64,000 bases of DNA, taken from positions 50,034,001 to 50,098,000 of the forward strand of contig OZ336876.1 of assembly GCA_965287045.1 (NCBI GenBank). Reading direction: 5' to 3'. A model generated the notes under the pieces. That model worked only from the letters and a program-made list of their open reading frames with translations, did no database searches and had not been told where the DNA came from. Positions 37,711 to 50,530 of the stretch are shown here, one piece after another (the first letter of the stretch is position 1; each line of letters opens with the position of its first letter). The translations under genes and the position numbers were made by a program. Source of the DNA: Carcharhinus amblyrhynchos. Taxonomy: Eukaryota.

Positions 37711-38467
37711 ATTTTGTTCTATAATAAAACAATCATTCTGAATTTATTGAAAGAAGCCTGGTTAAAGTCTCTTTTATTCTGGGTCTAATGGTAGCAAGGT
37801 AAATAATTGACATTTTGGTGAGTAAATTAAACACTTATGTTAATAGTGTGATCTTTGGAGGAGTGGGAGCTGGATTAACCGTGCGCTCTTCCCATCCCGG
37901 TCATAACAATTATGATGGTTTCAGATAGAAGCTACACATGAATTGATTGTTGCTGAACGCATGACGGTATATTTCACTTCTCTGATTAACAAAAATGGAT
38001 GAATGATGTCCAGATTTTTTTTAAAAAAGTGTGCTCTGATACGTGCCCTGACATAAAGTGAAAATTACCAAGCTGATTTTATTGAAGTTCACATGACACA
38101 TGCCTGAATGAACAATGGGAGTGAAGACAATGTTATAAAACCTTCAAGCTTTTCAGGTTTATGATATGAATCCAGAGATTATACTGCTTCATTTGACTGC
38201 CGTTCTAGCAAACCGTTATTTTGTAGATAATGGGATTTTTTTTTTTGCAAAATGGACTGTTGGTCCGCTCTCTTCTACTCTGCCTGGAATCATCCATTAC
38301 ATTACATCATTTAATAGGAAGGAAGTTACATAAACATTCTGACATGTTAAAAAAAAACCTACTGGGCTAAAACATCATGCAATCGGAATCAGGGTTCCAA
38401 GGATACTCACTACCCTGTATATACATATGTGTTTACGTTATATATAAGATGAAAGAAGGGGTATTAC

Positions 38468-38514
38468 CTCTATTTTTACTGACTCCTGCTTTGATGTGGT
38501 GTTTTCTTCAGATC
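38468..38514 (-). CDS. DNMT3A: Probable DNMT3A short exon (human exon 5 equivalent): (G)SEENTTSKQESVKIE
   Basis: Strong acceptor ttttttcacttctttag| and donor GAG|gtaata. It is 47 bp, phase 1-0, and splices in frame to 34846. The ending ESVKIE parallels the recalled human ESMKME; the human exon is 44 bp with the same phases. Confidence 0.8.
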
Positions 38515-40119
38515 CTAAAGAAGTGAAAAAACATTCATGACTCTATAGAATTCTATCACCCAATATATTAGACATCAACAGAAGACACACAATAAGGCTA
38601 GGATTGTATCACTGGATTATAAACAGTTTGCCTTTACTTCTACATCTTTTTGAAATGTTATGTGTTTCTCCAGGTGGGAGATGAACAGCAGGCATTTTGC
38701 ATAACTATAATTTTCCAAAGAAAAAATGAGTGACTTGCACAATTGAGGACTCCTGGTTCCCTAATAAGCCTTATATCTATGGTATTAGCTTCACTGCTAA
38801 TAATGGGAATACGGCTGGTAGTGTGAATTCCCAACCATTTCAAAAAAAATTTCTTCTCTCCTTTTTGATCATTTCACCCGAGAAGTCAGCATATGTTTCT
38901 CCAAGACTTTCAAGTGGTCTCTTACACAGCAGGATTGATAGACGGGGAAAATCAACCTTTTCAGCTGTAGTAATATGGTAGAATTGTGTATTCACAATGA
39001 CAGCCCTTTCTCACAGTCCTGTTGTCAAGGCAACCCAGCTGTCCCAAATGCCTCATAACGCCTCTTTTTCAGGAAGGTTGGCTGCATTAAGTGCCAGCGA
39101 GATGCTTAACTGGGCGGTAGCGGGGCTTTCTCAGCATTAGCACGGGGGAGATGGTCGCTATTGCTGGTTCTACATCCACCTGAGGCTTAGGGTCACCATG
39201 GACCCAATGAGAAATGAATGATAGAGTCCCAAGGAGCAAGGGGAGGTGGTTGTCAGCAAGAGCAGAGGCCTGCCTCTGAGTGGGCCACCTCCTTCCCAAT
39301 CCTAGTTCCCTCAATAAGCCCCCACCCCCAACCTCAAACCCCCACCACCCCCTCCAGATGCCAGTAAGCAAACAGACCAGGCTTCACATATGGCACATCC
39401 CCCATCAGCTACTGGGTCTAGCAGCAGCAGGATGCGAACCTTAAATGGACATTAAATTGCCCACTTAAGGGCCCAACTGGCGACAGGATAGATATGCAGT
39501 CCATGGGCTTCCTATTCATTTACTCAATTGGGGCATTGACAGGAATGCTGCAACGTTCCCACCAGCCTGATTAAACACGTCACCAAACATATCATAGAAG
39601 AGGGCATTCAATTATGCTCCAGGAGACACTTAACAGAGGAATATGAAACATTCCGGCCATTTGTATTCAGCACTCTCTCAAAGGATGCCATCATCATGAA
39701 ATAGCATTTGGAAAAAAGGTTTTTTCTCTTTTTACAAAAATGAATTGCACTGATATGTCAAAATACACCATAACACTGCAATTGAAATGATAAACAGCCC
39801 TCATAGCACCATTTCTTCTACAAACATTAACAAAACTCAATGGGCACTCATGAAAATGGTCTGAAGTTATGGAGTGCATTGCCAGAGAAGATAACTGAAG
39901 TATAAATGGGTTCTAAATTGAATGCTTTCTTTTATGCATGATCCCCAATGCTTTTTCTTCTCAGGAACACATCCCATTTTTATTTAGAACCTACTTACAG
40001 TTGACACCTCAGTTGCTTACTTGAACATATTATTTATTCTCCAGCAAAATGTAAGTCAGAGCATTTTCTTTTATGCATGATCCCCAATCCTTTCTCTTCT
40101 CAGGAACACATCCTATCTC

Positions 40120-40510
40120 TGATTTATACAACACCTTAAGCATCCTTAGGACATCCCCAATGCTGAGCAATTACTTTTGAGGTCTTGTTACTGTCTCCAT
40201 CTTTGGCAGGTGATTTGTAAAAGCAGTTAAAGCGCTGGCGTTGATTAAGAGAAGAATGTTGGTTAGGCCTTTGGCAGAAATCCCCCAATTTTCCTTGAAT
40301 GGTGCTGTGGCATATTTTGCATTGATCAGAGCTCACAGATGAGGCTCTGGTTTAAAGTCTCATTTGTAGGATAGCAGCTCTGAGAATGCGGTAAATACTC
40401 TCTCAGAACTGCACTAAATTACCAGCCTGGATTATTCCTGGAACAAGACTTGAAGCCACTGCCTTACGACTCAAAGATAAGAAAGCTACCACTTAACCAA
40501 AACTGACACA
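40120..40510 (-). mobile_element. Ancient Deu-domain SINE (SacSINE1-like) with L2-type tail
   Basis: ggtttaaagtctcat...actctctcagaactgcact...agcctggatt core; tRNA-like head at the right end; L2-like tail at the left. Confidence 0.6.
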
Positions 40511-40559
40511 AAGCCTCTTGGTGACACTCATTTATCCACAAGGACTGTGCTTTTAGTTA

Positions 40560-40912
40560 GGGGCAGTGGCACAGTGATATTGTCACTGGACTAGTAATCT
40601 GCAGACCCAGAGCAAAATTTGGGGACCTGGGTTGAAATCCTATCATGTCAGATGGTGAAGTCTGAATTCAATAAAAGTCTGGATTTAAAAATCTAATGAT
40701 GATCATGATATTATTGTCAATTGTTGAAAAACACCATCTGGTTCACTGATGTCCTTTAGGGAAGGAAATCTGCTGTCTTTGCCTGGTCTGACCTGCATGT
40801 GACTCCAAATCCATAGCAATGTGGTTGACTCTCAAATGCCCTTTGAAATGGAGGGTAGTTAGGAATGGGCTGTAAATGCGATGCTCATATCTCATAAAAT
40901 TAATTTTTAAAA
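40560..40912 (+). mobile_element. tRNA-derived SINE with CR1-type tail
   Basis: Head gtggcacagtg...ggttgaaatcc and core catctggttcactgatgtcctttagggaaggaaatctgc; sister copy at 46097-46446. Confidence 0.85.
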
Positions 40913-42865
40913 AGTTGCCCTTTAAGGCGGAATGTACAAGTGAATAAAGCCTCAGAATTCTTATGGCATGGAAGGTCCAAATGAACTAATAACCATAAAA
41001 TTTATACCCACACCTGTTTACTTCCTTAATTTAAAATGGATGAGTTGTGGACCAGTGGGTAAGTTAATTGCCTTCAGTGCTGCTGAGCAGGAAAGGCCTT
41101 GCTGAATTAGCTGATCCCACTCATGTGTTAATGAGGACAATATAATTGACCTCAGAGACCCAAGAGGCTTTCGTTCTCCATTTACCAATTGCTGGAAAGT
41201 ATCTGTAGGTATTAGGTATGACCAGCATCAAGCTCCTTTGAGATTCCTCCAAACTGCTCTAGATACTTCATATTCAGGTTCACATAAAGACTGGTCACTT
41301 GTAGAGCTGTTATATGCCAATGAAAGGGTCTCCCAGTTGTGAGCGATTGTATTTCGGGGAAGAAGCAAGACAAGAGAGATGGAAAATATAAGTGACTGCA
41401 TTTAGGGCCAGAAGAGGCCCAGGCAGCATATTTTATATAATTGTTTTTACAGGTTTCCATATGAGTCAGGAAGAGCACTCTTGCTCCTCTATATCCCACA
41501 AAGAAACCTTAAACCTTTCCTGACTGCTCACTTTTCCTTGTTCCTGGCAGCTAAAACTAAACCCCAATAGTCAGAGCAGTAATATTTACAGCAGCCTATT
41601 AGAGATGCAAATATATGTCCTAGCCTAGCTTGTTCAACCTATGTGTGTTCACGTTCTGACAGTGGGAGATACCACGGAAGAGAACATTCAAAGTAAATAA
41701 AATTTGCTAATGCACAGGCTGGTTTTAAAAGGAGTACAGGATATATGGCATGCAAAAGTTGGAACTTGGTGGGAGTTGGAATTCTCTGGTGAGTATATCT
41801 TACGCTGAAATTTAGTTCAAAATTTAAACTTAACTGACAACTTGAAAAACTGTAAAAGGAACTGCTATTTAGTGAACAGGTATTACCTGTCAAGGCCATT
41901 TAACTATTAATTGTCTATAAGTGATTGCCTGATGAAACAGAAATTGCTGGGAAACTCAGCAGGTCTGGCAGCACCTGTACAGAGAGACAGGCAGAGTTAA
42001 TGTTTCAAGTCAAATATGACTCCGCTTTGTTCCAGGTCAGACAGACTTTTGTTTGAGAAGGAGCCAAAGGTTGGGGCAAGCTTGGTGCCAAACGACTTAC
42101 TACTGCTCCTATATCTTGTGTTATTGTGTTCACTTTATGAAAATAATAATATCTAGGTTTGGAGCAAACTGACTCACAATAGTAATGTCAAGGGATATAG
42201 GAGAGCATGGGAAATTGATGTTGAGATAAAGGATCAGCCATGATCATATTGAATGGCATAGCAGGCTCAAAGGGACAAATGGCCTACTCCTGTTTCCATT
42301 TTCTATGTTTGAATGTTACACAATGCTTGATAATTCCTCATTTTCTCACTTATATAATAATAAAAGTTACATTATTTTAGTATGTTTCTCCATGGTGTCA
42401 CTCCAAATTGTACTGTGGATGATAAATTCACTGATCCTGCGTATCCACAGGGGAGATATGTTTGTAAGGGAGTGGAGATCCGAATGCTGGGGTTACATTC
42501 TTTCTGGAGACACATGATTCATGAGCTACTCCTTCCCCTGCATCTCTCTCTACACATTCATTTCTTTTGTAGAATCCTGGAATTTATGGATACCTTGAAA
42601 TTATACTCCTCCCTTTTTGATTATTCCATGATGTCCCTCAAATCAAGCTTCCGGTTCAGAAAAACAGAGCAATCTCAATGAGCAAAATAATAAATAACAA
42701 CCTGTGGAACTGTGTTGGCAGCTTCCTTCCTCCTAAAGAGTTTTAATCTGTCAGCTGACAATAACACTATTGACCCCCTTGTCCTACTTTAGTGACTCTC
42801 CTCCACTTCCATGGCACCTCATAGCTCTACTCTCACCTGTTAGTGTAGAGGGATAATAGGGTTGA

Positions 42866-43088
42866 AAGCAAATTACTGCAGATGCTGGAATCTAAAACCA
42901 AAAGAGAAAATGCTGGAAAATCTCAGCAGGTCTGGCAGCATCTGTAAGGAGAGAAAAGAGTTGACATTTTGAGTCCAGACAACCCTTTATCAAAGCTTTG
43001 ACAAAGGGTCGTCTGAACTTGAAACGTCAGCTCTTTTCTCTCCTTACAAATGCTGCCAAACTTGCTGAGATTTTCCAGCATTTTCTCT
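42866..43088. mobile_element. Penelope-related short palindromic insertion (93-bp arms, no loop)
   Basis: 42903-42995 is the reverse complement of 42996-43088, centred on caaagctttg. Flanking duplication aataRggttga at 42855 and 43092. A half copy lies at about 41933-42030. Confidence 0.8.
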
Positions 43089-43923
43089 AACAATAAGGTT
43101 GATTCTGTAATCCACACTCTCATAAATCTCATAAGCATGCCTTTGTCTTTCTCCAAAAACATCTCTTCCCATAGCCACATGATCACATGTGGTTTACTTC
43201 AGAGCTTTATCATTTATCTTCATCATTGATTTGCTCGCCCATGAAAATGTTAGCTAAAAACACAATATCAACTTCTAAATGTGTGTGAATGATTCTTCTC
43301 AAAATCTCTTTGTCCATTCAATCAACTTCTAAAGCATCACTACTGTTTCTTCCTGATTGCTTCACATTAGAAGCTGGGTGAGATGTAACATCCTCCAGCT
43401 AAAAGTTGGTTAAATTGATATTATCCTCTTTGACCCCCCCCCAAAACACATATGTACCTCTTCTAGCCTTGATTCCAACAATCTCACCAGTTTCCCAGTG
43501 GTGTGAAACCTTACACTAAACCTCAATGATCAGCTCCCTGCACCATATCCAATCCATCAGCAAGATAGCCTTCATTCATTACTAAAGCATACTTGAATCA
43601 ATTTCTGCATCTCTCCTTTGCTTTCTTTATTAAATCATGGTTTGATTTCTACAGGGCTGTTTTATTAATAAAACTGAGAGTTTATTCATTGTCTAAGATC
43701 CTTGAAATTAAGATAAATTCTCCTTAATTTCCAAGAGTGATATTTTCTCATCAACATCCATAGAAAAACAGAATACAGTAAAAGAATTAAAGAAACAGCT
43801 CAGCACTTACTCAATGATGTATAATTGAACATATCATTGGTGCACAGAAAGTACTTTCAGCCAGCATTGAAAATTCACAAGGTTTCTAATACACAAAGCA
43901 GTGTTGTGTACTGGAAAACTCAC

Positions 43924-44009
43924 CCTCCATTTCCTGCTCTGTACTTTGTAATACTGATTGAGTTCTACCTATTGCCTGGATAGCCGCCAAGAGAAACACA
44001 GCATCACAG
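43924..44009 (-). CDS. Candidate DNMT3A upstream exon (86 bp; alternative acceptor at 43968 gives 45 bp)
   Basis: Donor GAGG|gtgagt and acceptor cttgtttgcactgtacttacag|. The open frame ends ...STEQEME-G in phase 1, compatible with 38514. No recognisable homology. Confidence 0.35.
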
Positions 44010-44599
44010 CTGTAAGTACAGTGCAAACAAGGGGCTGTATGTACAGGTCTTTAGACTTCAGTAGCTCTCTAAGCTCTCATTGATTTTTTCTAAAATTATG
44101 CTCCAACCTTCTAAAAATGACAGTAAGTATTTTTTAAAGTGCTGATATAATGTATTTTTAATAATATATCAATGCAAAATCACTGCCAAAAATTGCTTGC
44201 AATATTTTGTGAAAATGACAAAATATAGATTTAAATGAACACTGGTGAGACCTGGAATTCCTTTTGGAAAATGGATACCTGATTTTCCACTTTTGCTTGC
44301 ACACTTTGAAGTGTAACATAGGGTGCTTTCATATCCAACTTACAGTCTGAGAACACAAGGAAATAGAAATAAGATAAGGCCTTCCATTCATCCACGTCAA
44401 CCTGCCTCTTTTGGGGCCTGCCAAAATCATTTTTATCTCTCTCCTGAATTGGCATCAAGCCCAGATCCCTCCACCGCCTGATGAATTATGAATATGATGT
44501 TTTTTCTCTCAGGGTAGAATCGAGTTGGCATACACTGGGCTGAATGTTTTTTTTACAAGTTAACAAATCTTAAGTTGTTCACCTACATAACAACAGTAC

Positions 44600-44682
44600 C
44601 CAGCTTTGCTGCTAGCTTCATCTCGTGCTCCCTGACCACCTGCTCCTTCAGAAGGCCTCTCTGTGCAGTCAAGTTGTATAAC
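44600..44682 (-). CDS. Candidate DNMT3A upstream exon (83 bp): VIQLDCTERPSEGAGGQGARDEASSKAG
   Basis: Acceptor actaatctcctgcag| and a weak donor GG|gtactg. Phase 0-2, compatible with the neighbouring candidates. Confidence 0.3.
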
Positions 44683-45149
44683 CTGCAGGAGATTAGTTAA
44701 TTCTTTGCTACCACAGTGAACTTAAGCTGCAATATATTACCAGATTTTCAGGAAGCCGAAGATTGGTTTGGCCACATGTAACTTAAGACATCACTATTCA
44801 CTTCATATTGTAGGCCTTCTTAAAGCATAGCTATGATCCAGGGGTTAATATGTATCCTCAATATCTAAAGATAATGACAGATGAGGAAAGCCGTTTGTCC
44901 CATCTCAATCGTCTGGACAAAAACCCTACACTGGTCAACTGCAGTATACACCTAATTTTTTCTGAAATAATCCCAAGGTTTTGTGCCGTCTTGATCTCCT
45001 GATATTTTATTGGGTAAAGACATATCCTTGTTCAATTCTGAGTCCACTGTGCTTTACTGGCTGTAATACTCAGTCTGTCCTTATTCCCTGAAGATTCACT
45101 GGGCACAGGTCAAATTATCTGACTGTCCATTCCAGGTGTCGATTGCTAT

Positions 45150-45725
45150 GATGAACTTAGCTTACCTCAGTCCAAATGGAGCTGAAACTCTCTTCAATAT
45201 CTTTGTCTCCTCCAGACCAAACTACACCAATGATGTCCTGGCTGACCTTCCATTCCCCACTTTTTGGAGACTCATCTAAACCAAGTCCCATTTATTCATC
45301 ACTACTTTCATTCTGACAAACATTAGCTCTTAGATCCCAAACACATTCAATTTAAAATTATTCTGGTGATTAAATTCTTTTATGGCCTTGCTCCTCCTTA
45401 ACTCTCCTCCAGCCCAGAATGTCTGCACTCCACTGTATTTGCATTCCTTTGACTCTGATCTTGTGCGTTGCCTTTGCCCACCATTGGAAGCACAGCGTGT
45501 GGTACATGCTCCGGGATTCCTTCCTTAAAACCTTCCATTTTTCCACTTGTCTTTCCTCTTTTAGAACCACCTTTCGAATCCATCATTTTATCAACCATTT
45601 GGCTAGCTCATCCTGATATCTCTTTCTCTAGTTTGCTCTTTGATTTTTCTTTATGCGTCTGTGATGCATTTTGGGGCAATTTTTCTATGTTAAAGGCACC
45701 ATATAAATGTACAGTTTTATTGTTA
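45150..45725 (+). mobile_element. L2 LINE 3' end, decayed
   Basis: Same motif order as 1-575 (tctccagac..., aatttaaaatt, ggattccttcct, aaaggcaccatataaatg). Confidence 0.65.
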
Positions 45726-46096
45726 TTCTGGTAAATTTATCTTGAAACTGTGCACCTTCATGCTATTTTTGTGCCTTAGTTTAATGTAATATTCTGAATT
45801 TACATTTTCCATAACCTTGACTATCCATCAGCCTTCTGCTTTAAGTAACATTCAGATATGATCTCATTGAATGGCTCATTGATGGGCCACTGGCTTACAT
45901 TTTATGAACGCATTAAAATGAATGTATCACAACTGCTGCAAGGGAAATAGACTTTAATATCTGTTACATATTGCAGTTGGTCATGGTCCATCTGAAAACT
46001 CACCCAATGGATTTCCCTTGAGCCCTTGAAAACGTTGCCATCCAGTGCAGGAGTTTGGATGGGCATGAGTGCTATTAACAATGTCTACAATACAGG

Positions 46097-46446
46097 GAGG
46101 TGGTGGCTCAGTGGACTTGACTCATAATCCAGAAACCCAGGATAATGCTCTGGGGACCCAGGTTTGAATCCTGCTATTGCAGATGGTGAAATTTGAATTG
46201 AATAAAAAAATCTGGAATTAAAAGTCTAATGATGACCATGAAACCATTGTTGATTGCTGTAAAAACCCATCTGGTTCACTAATGTCCTTTAGGGGAGGAA
46301 ATCTACCATCCTTACCTGGTCAGGCATACGTGTGACTCCAGACCCAACGCAATGTGGTTGACTCTTAAAAACTGCTCTCAGGGATGGGCAATAAATGTTG
46401 TATTTGCCAGTGATGCCCACATCCCATGAAAGAGCAAAGAAAAAAA
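46097..46446 (+). mobile_element. tRNA-derived SINE with CR1-type tail
   Basis: Highly similar to 40560-40912; ends gggcaataaatg...cccacatcccatgaa plus an A-rich tail. Confidence 0.88.
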
Positions 46447-46650
46447 TACAATTTGTGGAATACTGGCATCAGAAAAAAAATGCAGTCCCTTTCACGCTGT
46501 TGCTTGCTTTATGTGAGAGAACAGTAATGAGTTAGCTCTGATGGACAACACATCTATCAGCTCTATTGTATGCACCATGGTTCATTAGACATACAGTCCC
46601 TACACTAGCTTAGAATGAACTGAAGGCATTAAAATCACAGCCGCAGTTAC

Positions 46651-46698
46651 CTTTACAGCCACTGGTAGAACTGTCCTTGTGGATAATCTTGTCTGTAG
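46651..46698 (-). CDS. Candidate DNMT3A upstream 48-bp exon
   Basis: Acceptor tatttttacacctcag| and donor AAAG|gtaact. It is symmetric (48 bp) and open in two frames. Confidence 0.4.
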
Positions 46699-48811
46699 CT
46701 GAGGTGTAAAAATATAACATATTACTGTCACTGCTTCCCTGGTGAATTGGCAACTGCAATGGTTGATTTTCTCAGGCATTCCAGGTAGCTGTTCCTGGAT
46801 ATGCAGACAAAGCTATATTTGGTAGGACCATCACCTCAGGTGTGAAACAGCTGTCTCTGATCTCTCCTCAGGTCCTCATATTTCATCTCTACCTCCAATG
46901 CCAGAAATCTACATTCTAAAATTTAACTCTCAGAAATTCCAAAATTGCATACATCAGAAATCCAGGAGTGATTAAATTGGGTGACAGACTAAAACACAGA
47001 GCAAAACAACAGCAATGTAAATCTTGGGATGAAAAGTCCCAGCACATCCAAAAGAAGTCATCTTCTGAAGGCCAGAGAGGACCTCTCGTTCATCACCCAA
47101 TCCGCACAGGTTACTTCAACTCACAGCGAATTCCAGGAAGGGAAAACAGAAAACCTTACCACAGAGGGCTTTATCCATATCCATGTTATTTCCAGGCCCT
47201 TAATTAAGCTCTAGCACATTTCATGCAAGAATATTTTAAGATTGATCTAATGTCCTGAAGGGAAAAAAAGAGGCTTGGAGTAAATCAGGTAATTCAAAGA
47301 TCGTGCAACGATCTTTGCCTATGCGTACACATTCCACACGAATGAGAGTCAGCTCAGCAATCAGAAGATTGGCCTTCGTCCCTCTGGATAAATGCCAAGT
47401 AACTAATTTTCTTGAAGGAGTGAAGAATTTTATTATATAAATACTTGATTTACTGGAGCAATAGGGGGAGATTCTTTGCGTCTGCATTCAGGATAACTGG
47501 ATCAGTTGGGTGCAGTGAACATCAAAAAACGCACACCCACATAAAACAGTTCACTTCACTTTCTTTCTATTAACTGAAATGGAGGGAGAATCAGGTAGCT
47601 TCCTTTGCAATGACCTGCTCCTGTTTTTCTCCAGTAACAGTGTCTCCTGCAACGCAAGATGGCCATGTAAGATGGCTGCCGATACACTATGAAAATCAAT
47701 GATGTCTTTGGCTGGAGTCAAAGTGCCTTCAAACTTTGTCTTTTCAATAAAAGCTTCTGTGGGGGTTTATAAGCTAAATAATTTGGATACAAACATTACA
47801 ATTGCATTCAAATCACTAAAAACCTGTATTTATAGATGCTGCTTTTATATGTCTCTGCATTACATTAAATTCTTTACCATCTGATTATGTATGAATTTTA
47901 CAAATAACCTATAGTGAAATGCAGAATTTTAAGCTTTTATATTCAACGCCTGAAGGCTTTCAAGCTGATCTGCATATGTTTTTGAATTGTTCCATATGAA
48001 AGTACATTGATGCTTTAATATCTAGAAAATGATGGAATTACATAGAGATTTGCCAGATGGATGACAACTATTGTTTTAATTTAAGAACGCACAATATTCA
48101 TTATTCTTTTCATTATCTAAGTATCAGTGATATGAATTCTGATCTCCGCTGTCACGGAAGGAAACAGCACAACTGCACGTGTACCATGTTGGCAGCATAT
48201 GCAGCTCTCTGTTAATTGTGGTGCTGAGGGGTTTTGTTGCACTTGGACAGAGATCCAGGAAAAGCTTCCTCATTGTGCATTGTCTTCATGTATTTCACAG
48301 TCTAAAACCAGCAGCTGACACACTAGAGTGAAGTGCCACAAACTTCAGACCCTCACACTTTTTAAGGCCATTGCCGTGAGTTTTTACAGGTCAATTATAG
48401 GTTTTTCTCTCCCATCCTTACCTAAACTGCACTTGGTATTTGCCTCTGTCTTAATCTGTCTGTATTTTACTTTCAGACACGAGTATGGCTCATGAAAATA
48501 ATAATTGATTAACAATAAATTTTAAGGTTCTGAATTATTCAAGGAACTCCCAAACTAGGAGGCGACATAAAGTCTTAATCTAGTGGATTCTTCAAATGGA
48601 TTATAAATTACTTTATAAGTTGCTCACTACCAAATTTCTTTCTGGCTGAAAAATGCTTCACTCATCTTAACGATACAATAGGTGGGACGAGACGCTACGG
48701 CTAAGTCGCTATTTCAGCAAGACATTGAAATGATGGTCCAAAGCCATTCTTAATGTTCAGAATGATTCATCTGGGAAATAGTCAAAGATAAGGCCACTTA
48801 TTGGGTTGCAG

Positions 48812-49400
48812 AGGTGGGGTCAGGGTGGTGGTTGGGAATAGGGGGGGGGTAGTTAGGAATGGGTGGTAGTCAGGGTGGGGAGATGGGGGGGTTTCAGTCA
48901 GGGGGGTGGGGATAATTGGGGTCAGGAGGGGGGTCAAGGGACTGGGGTGAACTGTGGGGCTATATTAGGGGCGGCAACCAGATGGTTGGGATGTTGTGGT
49001 TAGTTGGGGGCTGGGGATAGTTGAATGATCAGGTGGTCGGTCGGGCAATAATCAGGTAGTGATGGGGTGGGTAGTTGGGTGAAGGTCTGAAGTTTGTGGC
49101 ACTTCACTCTAGTGTGTCAGCTGCGGGTTTTAGACTGTGAAATACATGAAGACAATGCACAATGGGTGATTGCTGTTGGACTGATTGGGAGTGGAGGAGT
49201 ACTCAAGAGTGTGGGGGGTAGTCAGGTGGCAAAGGGGTGGGTAGTCCAGGCTGGATAGATGAGGATTAGTTGGAATGGTGAGAAATCAGGTGGTTGGCGG
49301 GCTGCAGTGATCATGGGCTGGTTGGGGCAGTTGTTGGTTCAGTAAATGAGGGAGTAGTCAAATGGGGTCCAATGGGAAATTGGAGGGTCAGTCGTATATT
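48812..49400 (+). repeat. G-rich low-complexity tract (probably the interior of a non-autonomous DNA element)
   Basis: Degenerate gggtggtagtcagg-type units with many G runs. Confidence 0.6.
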
Positions 49401-49959
49401 ACACAGAAATTACAGGGGTTTTAATCCTTCCAACTTTTCTGTTCAATGATTCGGAACCATCACTCTAACTCAGAGTTTTGAAGGCTTCCAGATGCAAGGG
49501 AATTGTCCAACAGGAGTTGAAATTTCCTGAGCAATCTCAAGTAGACAGTGCATGGGGACCATCCCCTGTGCATTTTCTGGGCTATCTCCAGGGTACAACA
49601 ACCAGAGACCAGAAGCTCTGGGCTTCTGGGTCCCACAAATTCCCTGGAATTCCCCCACGTATTCTCGGTTGGGAGGCTTCCCAGCCTTCTGTCTCACTTG
49701 GCATTTAGTATCTGAATGTTGCAGCAGAAGAATGACGGCATAAATCTGCCAAAATACCCCTGGTGCAAAGCATATGGAAGGGTGCAAGGGCAGCAGCAGC
49801 CAAATGCTCTTGATGCCAACAACCAAGAGGGTAGCTTCAGGTCTCTCAAGCTCACTGCTAAGCTCTTGTTTTCTGTCTGTCTTCCAATGGATGGTTCAGC
49901 AAAAGGTTAATCATCAGCCAGAAGGGCATGTAGCCATACAAATGATGATGCCATCATTC

Positions 49960-50530
49960 AAATAAGATGTTGGATTCCTCAGAGCTTGTCCACTATCAAC
50001 AACACCCAAGTCAGGAGGATAATGAAATACTCTCCACCTGCCTGGATGAGTGCAGCTCCAACAACACTCAAGAGGAAAATCATCCAAAACAAGTCAGCCT
50101 GCTTATTCAGCATCCAATCCACCACGTTCAACATTCACTCTGTGCAGCACCAATAACATGCAGTGGCAGCAGTGTGCACCATCTACAAGTTGTACTATGG
50201 CAACTCACCAAGGCTCCTTTAACAGTAACTCCCAAACCTTTGACTTCTACCACCCAGAAGGAACAGGGCAACAGATGCATGGGAACACCACTAACTGCAA
50301 TTTCCCCTTCACATCACTCATTATCGTGTCTTGGAACTATGTCAACTTTCTTTTACCATCCAAAGTCAAAATCATAGAAGTCCCTTGCCAACAGCACCGT
50401 AGTCTATCAAGACCACATGGACTTGCAATGGTTTAAGAAAGTGACTTACTACCAACTTTTCAAGGACAATTAGGGATGGGCAATAAATGCTGGCCTTGCG
50501 ATAATGTTTACATCCCAAACAAATTAAAAA
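49960..50530 (+). mobile_element. CR1-clade LINE 3' end
   Basis: YKAQVR-like remnant (caacacccaagtcagg), WMSAAPTTL motif, tail agggatgggcaataaatgctggcc. Confidence 0.78.
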
